From Schmidtea polychroa (lineage: Eukaryota): a stretch of DNA of 64,000 nt. The position numbers and the translations under genes are program-made. The DNA is taken from positions 48,548,001 to 48,612,000 of the forward strand of contig CM097885.1 of assembly GCA_044892525.1 (NCBI GenBank), written 5' to 3'. Every line of letters starts with the position of its first letter. The first letter of the stretch is position 1. This document shows positions 36,821 to 49,675 of this stretch, one piece after another. A model generated the notes under the pieces. The model was given only the letters and a program-made list of their open reading frames with translations, was not told the origin of the DNA and did not search any database.

Positions 36821-37816
36821 CAGGGATGGTGAACCTGTGGCGCGCGTGCCCAAAGTGGCACGTAGATAAATTTTCGTTGGCACGTATAATATCTTTCGTT
36901 TTTCATACACTAACTAACACAAAATCCTTTTTCGATTTGGAAAAAATTTTGAACTCAATTCAAATTCAATGCAAAAATATGATATTTAAAAAACAAAATT
37001 AAGAGTTTACACAGATTTCTGGAGATTTTATTTCAACGCTTTAAGTATTTTTCATTGTTGAAAGATCATATTCAAAAATTTTCCATTCATGGTGTTTTTG
37101 AAATTAATGTAAATTTTTATAGCCAAGTTATAAGTGGCATACAAGACAATTTTGTTAAGAGATTTGAAGATTTCAAAATATTTGCACCGTTAATTAACTT
37201 TATTAAATATCCAGACAAGTTCGATTTGGAAACTACTAAAATTGATTAGTTAGAATGGTTAAAGTTGGTGAATTTAGAAATGCAGTTGGCCGAGTTTCAA
37301 TCAAGTTCTATTTGGAAACAGAAATTTATAGAGTTGAGACATTAAATAGAAAATAATGAAAAAAAAAGATTAAATGAAGAAGAATATGAAAACATGAATA
37401 ATATTTTGTTGAAGACATGGTGTTCGCTCCCAGAGACATTTAATGCGATGAAGAAATTATCTTTAGCTATTCTTACAATATTTTCATCAACATATAGCTG
37501 TGAAAGCTTATTTTCGATAATGAATAACATAAATTCTGATTTACGAAATAGACTTACCGACGAATGTGGCGAGGCTTGTATTTCATTAAAATTGTCAAAC
37601 TATCATCCGGATATTGGTGAATTATCGAAAACTATTCAACAACAAAAATCTCATTGAAAATTATGTAAAGAAATTATAGAAATCAATGTATATGTAATTT
37701 TTCATAACGCATGTATTTTCTTTTTATAAAAATTATTTTTATTGGCACGCATGTATTTTCAATTTATAAAAATTATTTTTATTGGCACGCAGTCAAAAAA
37801 AGGTTCGCCATCCCTG
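36821..37816 (+). mobile_element. Internally deleted hAT transposon inserted in the Gypsy gag
   Basis: TIRs CAGGGATGGTGAACCT / AGGTTCGCCATCCCTG; 8-bp TSD GTATATAC; C-terminal hATC remnant at 37394-37657 (FSSTYSCESLFS). Confidence 0.95.
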
Positions 37817-38752
37817 GTATATACACTTGTTAAGTATCTGACAGGATGGTGCTTTGCCTCGCCAATTGCAACCTAGATGGCAGAACCGTGCCTTGTTACG
37901 AAACTTAAAATGGAAACGGCACAGGTTCCTGGCTGCAGGAGAAGCTGAACGTTGACGAGTATTTTGCACAAAATGTGATTTTTGGGCATATTGTCTGTCG
38001 TCATTTGTCCGCCTGGTGGACATACTATTCTCAAGCTCGCTGATGCGTTTAGTAAGGCCTGCAATAGCGCAAAGTAAGGCTTCTTCGGTCGAAGGTTTCA
38101 AAGAATAAGAAGAAGGAGATAAAATTTCTGGATTAGTGCTACTACTTAGTTGCACAGAGCAAGTTGGTTGCGAACCAAGTGGCACGACTTCATTAATCTT
38201 GTCGGCCATCTTTGCTAGCTCTACCACATCTGCGGTTGAAGAAAGCGCTAAAATTTGTTGTGCGCGTGGCGGTAAAGCAGACAGAAAAAATTGCTTCAAG
38301 AGTTTTTGATCCGCAGCAGCCTCAGGATGTATTTCAGTTAGTTCTGCTATAATGTGTTGCAAAAACTGTGATGGTTTTCTGCTACCCAAAGTTTGCGTCT
38401 TAAAGTATTTAATGAAGACGGCAGCTGAAGGCTCTTTAAAAATATCGAGGATTGCCGTACGAAATTCTTCATAATGATTTTTGACGCTAGTAGGCGAAGT
38501 ACGAAGGATCACGGACGAAAGTTTATTTAATATCGTCGGGGGAATCAACGGCAGAATGCGACAGTATTTGTCTCGTGAACTGTTTAACTAGATTTCCTCA
38601 AGTGCTAGTTCGGTAGCAATCAGCCAAGTAAGTGGAGAGCTATTCTCATCCAAAAATTATTGACATAAATACGTTGATCGCTGATTGTTGGACTTACGTT
38701 TATGTTTTGTCTGTTTGAGATTGGTGCCTGAGTCATTCTCTGAATCGGAGGA

Positions 38753-38980
38753 ACCGCCAGAAAGTGGCAACAAACAATGAATGACGCTGTATGTTGTCAC
38801 TCCGTAGTCGCCAAGGACACGACTGTCGGAAAGAATGGTGTCGTTGTACGACAAGAGAAAACGGCATTTGTGAATAGTTAAAATGCTGTATGTTTGAGAA
38901 AGACAATTAATTGTCGTGTCCGTGTCTACTGAAACAGATTGTGTTTTATTCGTTCCAGGATTTTTTATTAATATTTGGAA
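38753..38980 (-). other. Ubiquitin-like domain (76 aa, ends LSGG) in the retrotransposon polyprotein just upstream of Gag
   Basis: FQILIKN...LLSYNDTILSDSRVLGDYGV...IHCLLPLSGG aligns by eye with ubiquitin MQIFVK...LIFAGKQLEDGRTLSDYNI...LHLVLRLRGG. Same frame as Gag. Confidence 0.8.
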
Positions 38981-41900
38981 CTTATTGGTCCCCGGCGTGG
39001 CTATATTCTCTCGTGTGGGCTGATGTTTATTCATTTTTAATTTATTTAAATATTTTATTATAGTTTTATATATAATATCAATAATAGTAAAATTCTCATC
39101 GAAATTTCTAACGAAATTCCTCGGTGATAGATCGAACAGTTCGGTATATTGTTGAGAATTTATCAGTTTAATAATTTGGTTTTGAATTTTAAATTTCATT
39201 GGCAGGGAAGAGATTTTTTTGAAATCTTTCAATAACTCGAAATCAGCAAAGTTAATGGCAATTTTGTTGTCTAATAAATCAATTATGTCAAGTACTCTTA
39301 TATGATCAAAAGCCTCAATGACATCTATATAAAATCATAAATCTTTATTTAAGGTGGTATTTCTAGAGATTCTTAGATCAATGTGATCAGAAATATAATT
39401 AAAAACGTCAAAATCGACAAATGGAAGATTTATTATTCCTGTTGATATTTCTTTGCAAACGTCATTGTTTGTAGGTCTAAAACCATTAATTGATTCAAAA
39501 TTGACGTGTGGTTCGATCCGTTTGAAGTAATGCTATGATATAAACATGTTGCTGATAATTAGGCATGTTTTAAATTATTTATTTTAAATTTTATATATAA
39601 AAGATCTATACGTAATCTATAAATAGTTACCGGACATCCTGAGGTAGTCTGGGCAATCGAGATTTGATACTTGGTATACGCCATAATGGTCAATTTAGAC
39701 GGTGTAATTGTTGGAAATAGGTCTTCGATTATGAGCTTGATATACTCGGAACTAAAAGTATTGATACTTTCCTTGAACAAACTTAGCCACCAACTGAAAG
39801 TTCTATCGGTAATGAAAGCTGACATATCTCTGATGAGAGCTTGCCAGATAATATCGGCCATGTCATTTGTTGTAGTACTCGTTGATGTATTATCAATAAT
39901 TTCATTTATGGCATCTAGAGATAATTGATCTAAGGTACCTGACGGTGCTGACACGGTCATTGCTTGATTAGTTTCATTGGGAAAATAGGATGATGTGGAC
40001 TGGTGAGTGCTTGGAATGATTTCACAGGATTTTTCTTTCCAGTAAATAAGCATTTGATCTAACTGACATAATAGGCCTTCTTATTGGAAATTAATAATTA
40101 ATGAAGGTGGAAGCTTTTTTAAGATAATCTCCATTTGAATAGCATTGAAGGAATTCATGTTATCGATCAAAAATACCAAGATACTTCATATGAAAAGTAT
40201 CTAATTCAATTGATGTTGAAGTTAAGAAAGTAGAAAATTATGTGACGAAAAGAATTACTGATAGTTTCTCGAGTAATCCGCTCCCATACTTACTTGCAAA
40301 ATGGAAATGCTTATAATAAATTTGTGCCTATGTGATTACATACTTCAAATAAACAATTTTAATGTGTGACCATTAATCATTTAAAACCTTGAATAATTTC
40401 AACATTAATAGATTAAATTATCAAAGTAATCTCCGGAAGGAAATACAATTTTTGACGGAACTCATATTAATAATAGATGAATGGGAGGCACCATTGTCAA
40501 TGATAAGCACAATATTTCTTTTTTATGAACTGATTGTTTTATCTTATTATCTGATATACTATTCAAGAGCTAATTATCCATGCTTTTATAAGGTACGTCA
40601 ATTCACTGACAACCTCTGCATACCGTAGAAGCAAAGCTGTTTGAAAACTTGCTAACTACACAAAAGAGACGTTTGTCTATGCCATTCATATTTGAGCAGA
40701 GAAACAACGTGATAAGTTGCTTTTATTCGTTTGTTAAAATCTCCTTTGAATTCCATGGTCTTAAGGGATAAAAATTGCCAAAATAATTAAGTCTCTCCAG
40801 CGCTATAAATATCCTCATTGAATATTAAAGGAAAATTTCAAAAAGTACTGATTATGAACAGTCATGGTTGCACAAGTTAGCTGTGTGTTTAAGCATCTAG
40901 AACCATCTTGCACTGCAGTTTAACCATTTGGACTAAGCTTGCAAAAAATTCGCTGGTCTTTGTTGTTAAAATATGAATAAATTATCTGATCGCATTTGTT
41001 AGACTTGTGTCAAAAACACTGATGCAGTTCATCATATCTACTCGTTCTCATTCGTTTTTCTTCATTTACTTCCTTGAATCGAGGTGTTTGGTTGTTGGTG
41101 GTTTATCTAAATTCTATTTATATAATGCATTACAGAGTTAATTATTTGAGTTTTGATGTGATTTTATTTATGATTACCAGGGTAATCAATCTTTTCATAC
41201 CTACCACCCACTTTTTCACATCGATTGGTAGCAAAATATTCTTGCCGCCCACCTGTTCTACAGTATTGATAATTGATAAAGTAGTAAGGTTTAAACAATT
41301 TATAAATTAGAGTTACAGAAAATTAAAGTATACAAATACAATATTTTAGTACAGTATAAAAATACGTATAACAACTTACTTATTCATAACAAAGTAGTTT
41401 TATACACAGTATCACACGTCCTCTAGTTGAAAATTAATGATAAAACACATTTCTATATTAATTTATTAATACTTTGAAATACATAGAAATATAAATTCTA
41501 TTTAATTAAATCTAATTAACTAATTGAATTATTAATGGGATCCTTGAGGCTGATGCTGCGAAGTTAAATATTTAATATTTGGTTCTATTTTTGTAAGAAA
41601 TAAGTAAAGGTCTTCTCTTTAAAAAATATTCAGGCAGTTTCTTTCTTTGGTCATAATATGGTAGATTTTTAAATAATATCTGAAAAATTGTAACTAATAT
41701 AACGTTCAATAGCACCGGGCATAAAAGGGAGCTACCGGATGTTGGTAAAGCAACTTTCAGATTTTACGAAGAATCTAAATGCTTGGATAAATTTTACAAT
41801 GCTTTCCTCAGATCGATAAGCCCTTCAATTCCTCCTTCGCAGATCGATTAACATCAAAAATCAAGAAGATAGAAGCCTTGACTCAACAAAATCCTTATCA

Positions 41901-42587
41901 TATCCACTCTGGAACATTGCCACTCCTCAACTTATTACTCCAAAAACTCGAAAATAGCTCCTACATAACCATAACATTCAACTCAAGAGACCCGGAGATG
42001 GATCCAAATATGATCAAGTTCTAAAAGCTACCCTATCAGACGATGATATTTGTAAAGCAGATATCAAATCTAATAAAACGAAAAGCAATCCCAATAGTGA
42101 GAAACGATTTAAATTCAAAAAACCCAAAAGAATTGAAGAAATTAGAATCTTATCCTTCTTCTTCTATGATTTCACCTTTTATTATTGTAGATTGGCACCT
42201 TTCCGGACTGGCAAAGTATTTCAATCCCCAGTTAAGAGTCTCTCACCAAAATACAGTCTGACAGCCACAGAATCGGTGATAGTGGAAACTGTCCTTGCAT
42301 CCAAAGATGAACTGAGGCCCAGAATGACCAAAAAGAAGGCAATATCCACAACTAAAATCAAGAAAATATTCCATGTTTCAACGAAACCCAATAGATTTAA
42401 TAATAATATGAACTTCAAGAAATCTAAACTAAAGCTAATTTATCAGAAGAACATCCTAAAAATCAAGAAAAGCAACCCAAAGAAAGCTGGAATTCAGCCC
42501 ACTTTTCATAGAAAAAGATCAAATCCCAAATCAAGAAAAATACAAAAGCCAGTCTCCCTCACTTAGAATTTTTGATCCTGGGAAAAC

Positions 42588-43091
42588 TTATACCTTAAGA
42601 AATGGCTCACGTAAAAAATTGGGTTTCGCCGAATTAGATATTATAAAAGACTGAAATTGTCCATCTTTTCCAAATTTTACATCAATGCAGAATTGAATTT
42701 CAACATATCTCATTTCGGATATAACAGCATTTAATTTAGTTAATAATGGTGCAGGAATAATTAATTTATTTAAATTTAAAGAAACCATTTTAACAATAGT
42801 ATGTGCCTTATTCGAATTAAATTTAATTAAAGGTTCATTAGAACCACCATATTGAACAATATTTTCGTCATTTGATGAATGAACATCTTCATCATGAACA
42901 TCTTCTTTCGCTGGTTGTGGACAAACAGTAACAATTCGTCTTTTATTTAGATTAATAGACGCAAAAAGATTCTTCTTTGTGCAAGAAAATTGATTTAAAT
43001 GTGCACAGTGTTGACTATAAAAGTCGGAAAAAGTTATATTTTGGGAGCTCTTACAACTGGGACATATAAAGAAGGTGACTCGTTTATTCAC
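42588..43091 (-). CDS. Hypothetical protein, possibly the N-terminal part of an older Polinton polymerase or an accessory gene
   Basis: 167-aa ORF in AT-rich DNA with a CxxC..H zinc-finger-like start and QYGG; lies next to a pPolB remnant. Confidence 0.3.
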   Translation of the reverse strand: MNKRVTFFICPSCKSSQNITFSDFYSQHCAHLNQFSCTKKNLFASINLNKRRIVTVCPQPAKEDVHDEDVHSSNDENIVQYGGSNEPLIKFNSNKAHTIVKMVSLNLNKLIIPAPLLTKLNAVISEMRYVEIQFCIDVKFGKDGQFQSFIISNSAKPNFLREPFLKV

Positions 43092-43880
43092 ATGTCGATA
43101 GTATCAAGGACTTCATCATGGTCATCATGGATTTTACATTGACAATAATTCGGGTAAAGATTACCTTAATTATAAAATACCATTAAAACTATTCAAAAGT
43201 TTTTTAAATATCATAAAATAAAAGAAATTCGATATATAATTGTAATTATTACACAAAATATTTTTACTAAATAATATTAAAGAAATCTGATTAAATTAAT
43301 GTTTACGCAAAAATTTGCAAATTATTATTATTTATTACAATAAATATTTACAAAATTTTACAAAAAAAAATATTTACTAAAAATATTTACTAAAAATATT
43401 TACTAAATTAAAAATATTAACATTTACTTAAATAAAAAATTATATTAAATTTCCATTAAATCATAAAAAGTAATCAATACTTACACTCTAAATTTTCATT
43501 TCGATTTATTGACATATTGACATAATTTTTCTCCTTATTCGTATTCCCTAAATTATTATTTAATTAAATCAATAAATTAAAAATTGTTTACTTTTTATTT
43601 TCAAATTTCCTTTAATCTTCGATTTTAAATTGTCTTCATTAATATTATCTAAATTAATTAATAAATTAATTAATAAATTAATTAATCAATAAATTAAAAT
43701 TTACCAAATTTCTTAATTTTTCCTCGGAGATTCATAACGTTTTTTATTAAGGAATTCGTTTTTAAAGGTTGACTAATTGTTAAATGTGACTAATGATAGA
43801 TTATTGTTTATAGACTTAAGATAATAAACACGAACAAATTCTGACCAATCAAAATCAATAAGAATAAAGGGTTTTAATAT

Positions 43881-44147
43881 AAGGAGTGGGTTTTTCTTAG
43901 AACTGAATGTTATAGTTTGTTAGGTGATGATGAGATTAAAAAAGCTAAAGGAGTAACAATGAAAGGTAGTGACATAAAACATCAGTCGTACCTGGATTGT
44001 TATAATACTAACCAAATTTTTTCTATACCGCAAACTAGAATAACTAGCAAAAATCACCAGATATTCACCTTAAAAAAATGAAAAACTGCACTTACCAACT
44101 CCAATGAAAAAAGGGTTTGGGCGGGGAAAAATAAAAGTTATGCATGA
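43881..44147 (+). pseudogene. C-terminal remnant of a second, divergent protein-primed PolB (older Polinton)
   Basis: Translates KEWVFLRTECYSL..KKAKGV...IKHQSYLDC...QTRITSKNHQIFT..*KTALTNSNEKR, collinear with the pPolB thumb (compare FIRSKQYS..KSKGI..HQDYKDAL..KSERHDM..KVAISNYDDKR at 58885-60072). Confidence 0.75.
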
Positions 44148-45170
44148 GTATTATATGGGAGGTGACTCATTTGCTGTTCAATAATTCGATCCGGATCCAT
44201 CTTACTCGCAATTCAAAGAAACAGCTGAAGATATACCGGATGTTATTTAAATAAATCTTTGTTGAAAAATTTGTTTTTTTTGAAATAAATGTATAATAAG
44301 TTTAAATAATATATTTTTATATTTTGAACATTTTTGTCTCAGTGCGTAAATAAGTAAAATAGAGTAATAAGAATTACATATAAGAATTATTAGTTTAAAT
44401 TTAAACTAAATTAATTAAATAATAAAATAAAGAAATAAAATTATATTACTTAATTAAATAAAAATAATGAAATAAAAGGAAATAAAGTTTAAAAAAAGTT
44501 TAGCTCTTTTGCTTTCTTATATTAATGAAAATATTTGTTAAATTCTGATTAATTATTGAGTAATATGGGGGTACCAAATTGCTTCCATAAGCCCATATCT
44601 ACCAACTGTCTTATTATATTTAAATCTTTTTTTAATTAAAGCATGTAAATTAAATGTCCTATTATATTTAAATCTTTATTTTATTTATTTAAAGTTAAAG
44701 TTAATAATTGTTAATTAAGTAAAACTTCCTAAATTTTAAATTAAAAATTAATTATTATCTTAATCAAAGTAAATTTTAATTCAAATTTATCCTTTTTCTA
44801 AATTACTTTTAAAGTAAAAATTATTATTCTATTTTAATATAATTACAATTTTATCTATTAATTAATGTGAAATTTTTTATTACCTAAATTTATACATAAT
44901 TCCTATATTTAATAATTTATTTAAAATTACTTACATTATACCCTTGGGAATTTTGTTTTAATATAGCTAATTTAATAAAAATCAAATTTTTAAATAATGT
45001 CTGAAAATTTTTTTTGTACTCCTTAGGGGGACAAGAAAATTCTTTGACGCAGCTTATCGGCCTCACGACCGATTCGCTTAATCATAATTGCTTAATAACT
45101 TTGTATTAAATACAATAATTAATATAATATGTTCTAAAATATATAATAAATAATATATAATATATTTCCA

Positions 45171-46781
45171 TTGCCATCATCAACTTATTTCATACATCAA
45201 CCTTTTCTCAACATCAACCTATTTTCAACATCAATCTATATTCAACTTCAACCTTTTCTCAAGATCAACCTTTGCTCAACATCAACTTATTTTCAACATC
45301 AACCTATTTTAAATATCAACCTATTTTCAACATCAATCAATTTTCAACCTCAACCTTTTCAGAACATCAACTTTTTCTCAACGTCAACCTATTTTCAACA
45401 TCAATCAATTTTAAACATCAACCTTTTCTCAACATCAACCTTTTCTCAACATCAACCTTTTCTCAAAATCAACCTTTTCTCAACATCAACCTTTTCTCAA
45501 CATCAACCTCTTCTCAACATCAAACTTTTCTCAACAACATATTTTCAACATCAACTTATTTTCAACATCAACCTATTTTTAACATCAACCTATTTTCAAC
45601 ATCGACCTATTCTGAAAATCAACCTATTCTGAAAATCAACCTTTACTCAACATCAATCTATTTTCAACATCAACCTTTTCTCAACATCAAACTTTTCTCA
45701 ACATCAACCTTCTCTCAATATCAACCTATTTTCAACATCAACCTTTTCACAACATCAACCTATTTTTAATAACCACTTATTTTCAACATCAACTTATTTT
45801 CAACATAAACCTATTTTTAACATCAACCTATTTTCAACATGAATCAATTTTTAACAACAACTTATTTTCGACAACAACTTATTTTCAACATCAACCTATT
45901 TTTAACATCAACCTATTTTCAACATAAACCATTTCTCCACATAAACCTTTTCTCAACATAAACCTTTTCTCAAAATCAACCTTCTATCAATATCAACCTA
46001 TTTTCAACATCAACCAATTTTCAACATCAACCTTTCAATATCAACCTATTTTCAACATAATATATAATATATAATATATAATATATAATATATAATATAT
46101 ATAATATATAAAATATATATTGCCATCATCAACTTATTTCATACATCAACATTTTCTCAACATCAACCTATTTTCAACATCAATCTATTTTCAACATCAA
46201 CCTTTTCTAAACATCAACCTTTTCTCAACATCAACCTTTTCTCAACATCAATCAATTTTCAACATCAACCTATTTTCAACATCAACCTTTTCTCAACATC
46301 AATCTCTTCTCAACATCAAACTTTTCTCAACAACTTATTTTCAACATCAACTTATTTTCAACATCAACCTATTTTCAAAATAAACCATTTCTCAACATAA
46401 ACATTTTCTCAACATCAACCTTTTATCAATATCAACCTATTTTCAACATCAACCTTCTTTCAATATCAACCTATTTTCAAAATAATATATAATATATAAT
46501 ATATAATATATAATATATATATTATATAATATATATTATATATATTGCCATCATCAACTTATTTCATACATCATCATTTTCTCAACATCAACCTATTTTC
46601 AACATCATCCTATTTTCAACATCAACCTATTTTCAACGTCAACCTATTTTCAACATAAACCTATTCTCAACATAAACCTTTTCTCAACATAAACCTTTTC
46701 TAGACATCAAACGTTTCTCAATATCAACCTTCTATCAATATCAACCTATTTTCAACATAATATATAATATATAATATATAG

Positions 46782-46823
<42 letters not shown>

Positions 46824-49004
46824 ATATATATTATATATATTGCCATCATCAACTTATTTCATACATAAACCTTTTCTCAACATCAACCTATTTTCAAAAT
46901 CAACCTATTTTCAACATCAATCTATTTTCAACTTCAACCTTTTCTCAAGATCAACCTTTTCAGAACATCAAATTTTTCTCAACGTCAACCTATTTTCAAC
47001 ATCAACCTATTTTCAACATCAATCAATTTTAAACATCAACCTTTTCTCAACATCAACCATTTCTCAACATCAACCTTTTCTCAACATCAAGCTTTTCTCA
47101 ACATCAACCTCTTCTCAACATCAAACTTTTCTCAACAACATATTTTCAACATCAATCTATTTTCAACATCAACCTTTTCTCAACATCAAACTTTTCTCAA
47201 CATCAACCTTCTCTCAATATCAACCTATTTTCAACATCAACCTTTTCACAACATCAACCTATTTTTAACAACCACTTATTTTACACATCAACTTATTTTC
47301 AACATAAACCTATTTTTAACATCAACCTATTTTCAACATGAATCAATTTTTAACAACAACTTATTTTCGACAACAACTTATTTTCAACATCAACCTATTT
47401 TTAACATCAACCTATTTTCAACATCAACCAATTTTCAACATCAACCTTCTTTCAATATCAACCTATTTTCAACATAATATATAATATATAATATATAATA
47501 TATAATATATAATATATAATATATAATATATAATATATAATATATAATATATAATATATAATATATAATATATAATATATATAATATATATAATATATAT
47601 TGCCATCATCAACTTATTTCATACATCAACATTTTCTCAACATCAACCTATTTTCAACATCAATCTATTTTCAACATCAACCTTTTCTCAAAATCAACTT
47701 ATTTTCAACATCAACCTATTTTCAAAATAAACCTATTTTCAACATCAATCAATTTTCAACATCAACCTATTTTCAACATCAACCTTTTCTCAACATCAAT
47801 CTCTTCTCAACATCAAACTTTTCTCAACAACTTATTTTCAACATCAACTTATTTTCAACATCAACCTATTTTCAAAATAAACCATTTCTCAACATAAACC
47901 TTTTCTCAACATCAACCTTTTCTCAACATCAACCTCTTCTGAACATCAAACTTTTCACAACAACATATTTTCAACATCATCCTATTTTCAACATCAACCT
48001 ATTCTGAAAATCAACCTATTCTGAAAATCAACCTATTCTGAAAATCAACCTTTACTCAACATCAATCTATTTTCAACATCAACCTATTTTCAACATAAAC
48101 CTATTTTCAACATAAACCTTTTCTCAACATAAATCTTTTCTCAACATAAACCTTTTCTCAACATCAACCAATTTTCAACATCAACCTTCTTTCAATATCA
48201 ACTATTTTCAATAAAATATATAATATATAATATATAATATATAATATATATAATATATAATATATAATATATATAATATATAATATATATTATATATTTT
48301 GCCATCATCAACTTATTTCATCTATCAACCTTTTCTCAACATCAACCTATTTTCAACATCAACCTATTTTCAACATCAACCTATTTTCAACATCAATCTA
48401 TTTTCAACATCAACCTATTTTCATTATCAATCAATTTTCAACATCAACCTTCTTTCAATATCAACTATTTTCAACATAATATATAATATAAATTATATAA
48501 TATATATAATATATAATATATATTATATATTTTGCCATCATCAACTTATTTCATCTATCAAACATTTCTCAACATCAACCTATTTTCAACATCAACCTAT
48601 TTTCAACATCAAACTTTTCACAACATCAACCTATTTTTAACATCAACCTATTTTCAACATCAACCTATTATGAAAATCAACCTATTCTGAAAATCAACCT
48701 TTACTCAACATCAATCTATTTTCAACATCAACCTATTTTCAACATAAACCTATTTTCAACATAAACCTTTTCTCAATATAAACCTTTTCTCAACATAAAC
48801 CTTTTCTCAACATCAACCAATTTTCAACATCAACCTATTTTCAATATCAACCTATTTTCAACATCAATCAATTTTCAACATCAACCTTTTCTCATCATCA
48901 AACTTTTCTCAACATCAACCTTTTCTCAACATCAACCAATTTTCAACATCAACCTTCTTTCAATATCAACTATTTTTAACATAATACATAATATATAATA
49001 TATA

Positions 49005-49057
<53 letters not shown>

Positions 49058-49675
49058 CATATAATATATAATATATAATATATATAATATATAATATATA
49101 ATATATAATATATATAATATATAATATATATTATATATTTTGCCATCATCAACTTATTTCATCTATCAACCTTTTCTCAACATCAACCTTCTCTCAATAT
49201 AAACCTATTTTCAACATCAACCTTTTCACAACATCAAACTTCTTTCAATATCAACTATTTTCAACATAATATATAATATATAATATATAATATATAATAT
49301 ATATATAATATATTATATATAATATATTATATATATAATATATAATATATAATATATAATATATATAATATATAATATATATTATATATTTTGCCATCAT
49401 CAATTTATTTCATCTATCAACCTTTTCTCAACATCAACCTATTTTCAACATCAATCTATTGTCAACATCATCCTATTTTCAACATCAATCTATTTTCAAC
49501 ATCAACCTTTTCTCAAAATCAACCTTTGCTCAATATCAACTTATTTTCAACATCAACCTATTTTCAATATCAACCTATTTTCAACATAAACCTTTTCTCA
49601 ACATCAAACTTTTCTCAACATCAACCTTCTCTCAATATCAACCTATTTTCAACATCAACCTTTTCACAACATCAA
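45171..49675. repeat. 17-bp minisatellite (TCAACATCAACCTATTT / ...CCTTTTC) in higher-order blocks separated by (ATATA/ATATAAT)n
   Basis: Blocks start with TTGCCATCATCAA(C)TTATTTCAT at about 45171, 46120, 46545, 46840, 47600, 48299, 48532, 49140 and 49391. Confidence 0.95.

Larger units (their letters stand above)
32050..41050 (-). mobile_element. Decayed Gypsy/Ty3 LTR retrotransposon with an extended 5' coding region (unknown region - UBL - Gag - RT - INT); boundaries approximate
   Basis: Gag 37793-38660 (LGSRKPSQFL, CRFH..F...A..C...C knuckle); RT 35878-36600 (SPWSSPLHLVPKKDG, DLVKAYHQIP, YIDDILI); integrase 35140-35700 (HIDLIGP, IDRKTRW, RYGVP) and GPY/F region 32161-32595. Protease and most of RNase H appear deleted. 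Confidence 0.85.

Noticed and set aside
41254..41416. Possible 5' LTR (TG...CA on - strand) of the Gypsy element
   Set aside because: No second copy near 31300-32000 and no canonical TGG primer-binding site directly after it; cannot be supported.
45171..49675. Repeat array as a CRISPR-like locus
   Set aside because: Units are contiguous with no unique spacers, there are no cas genes, and the context is eukaryotic.
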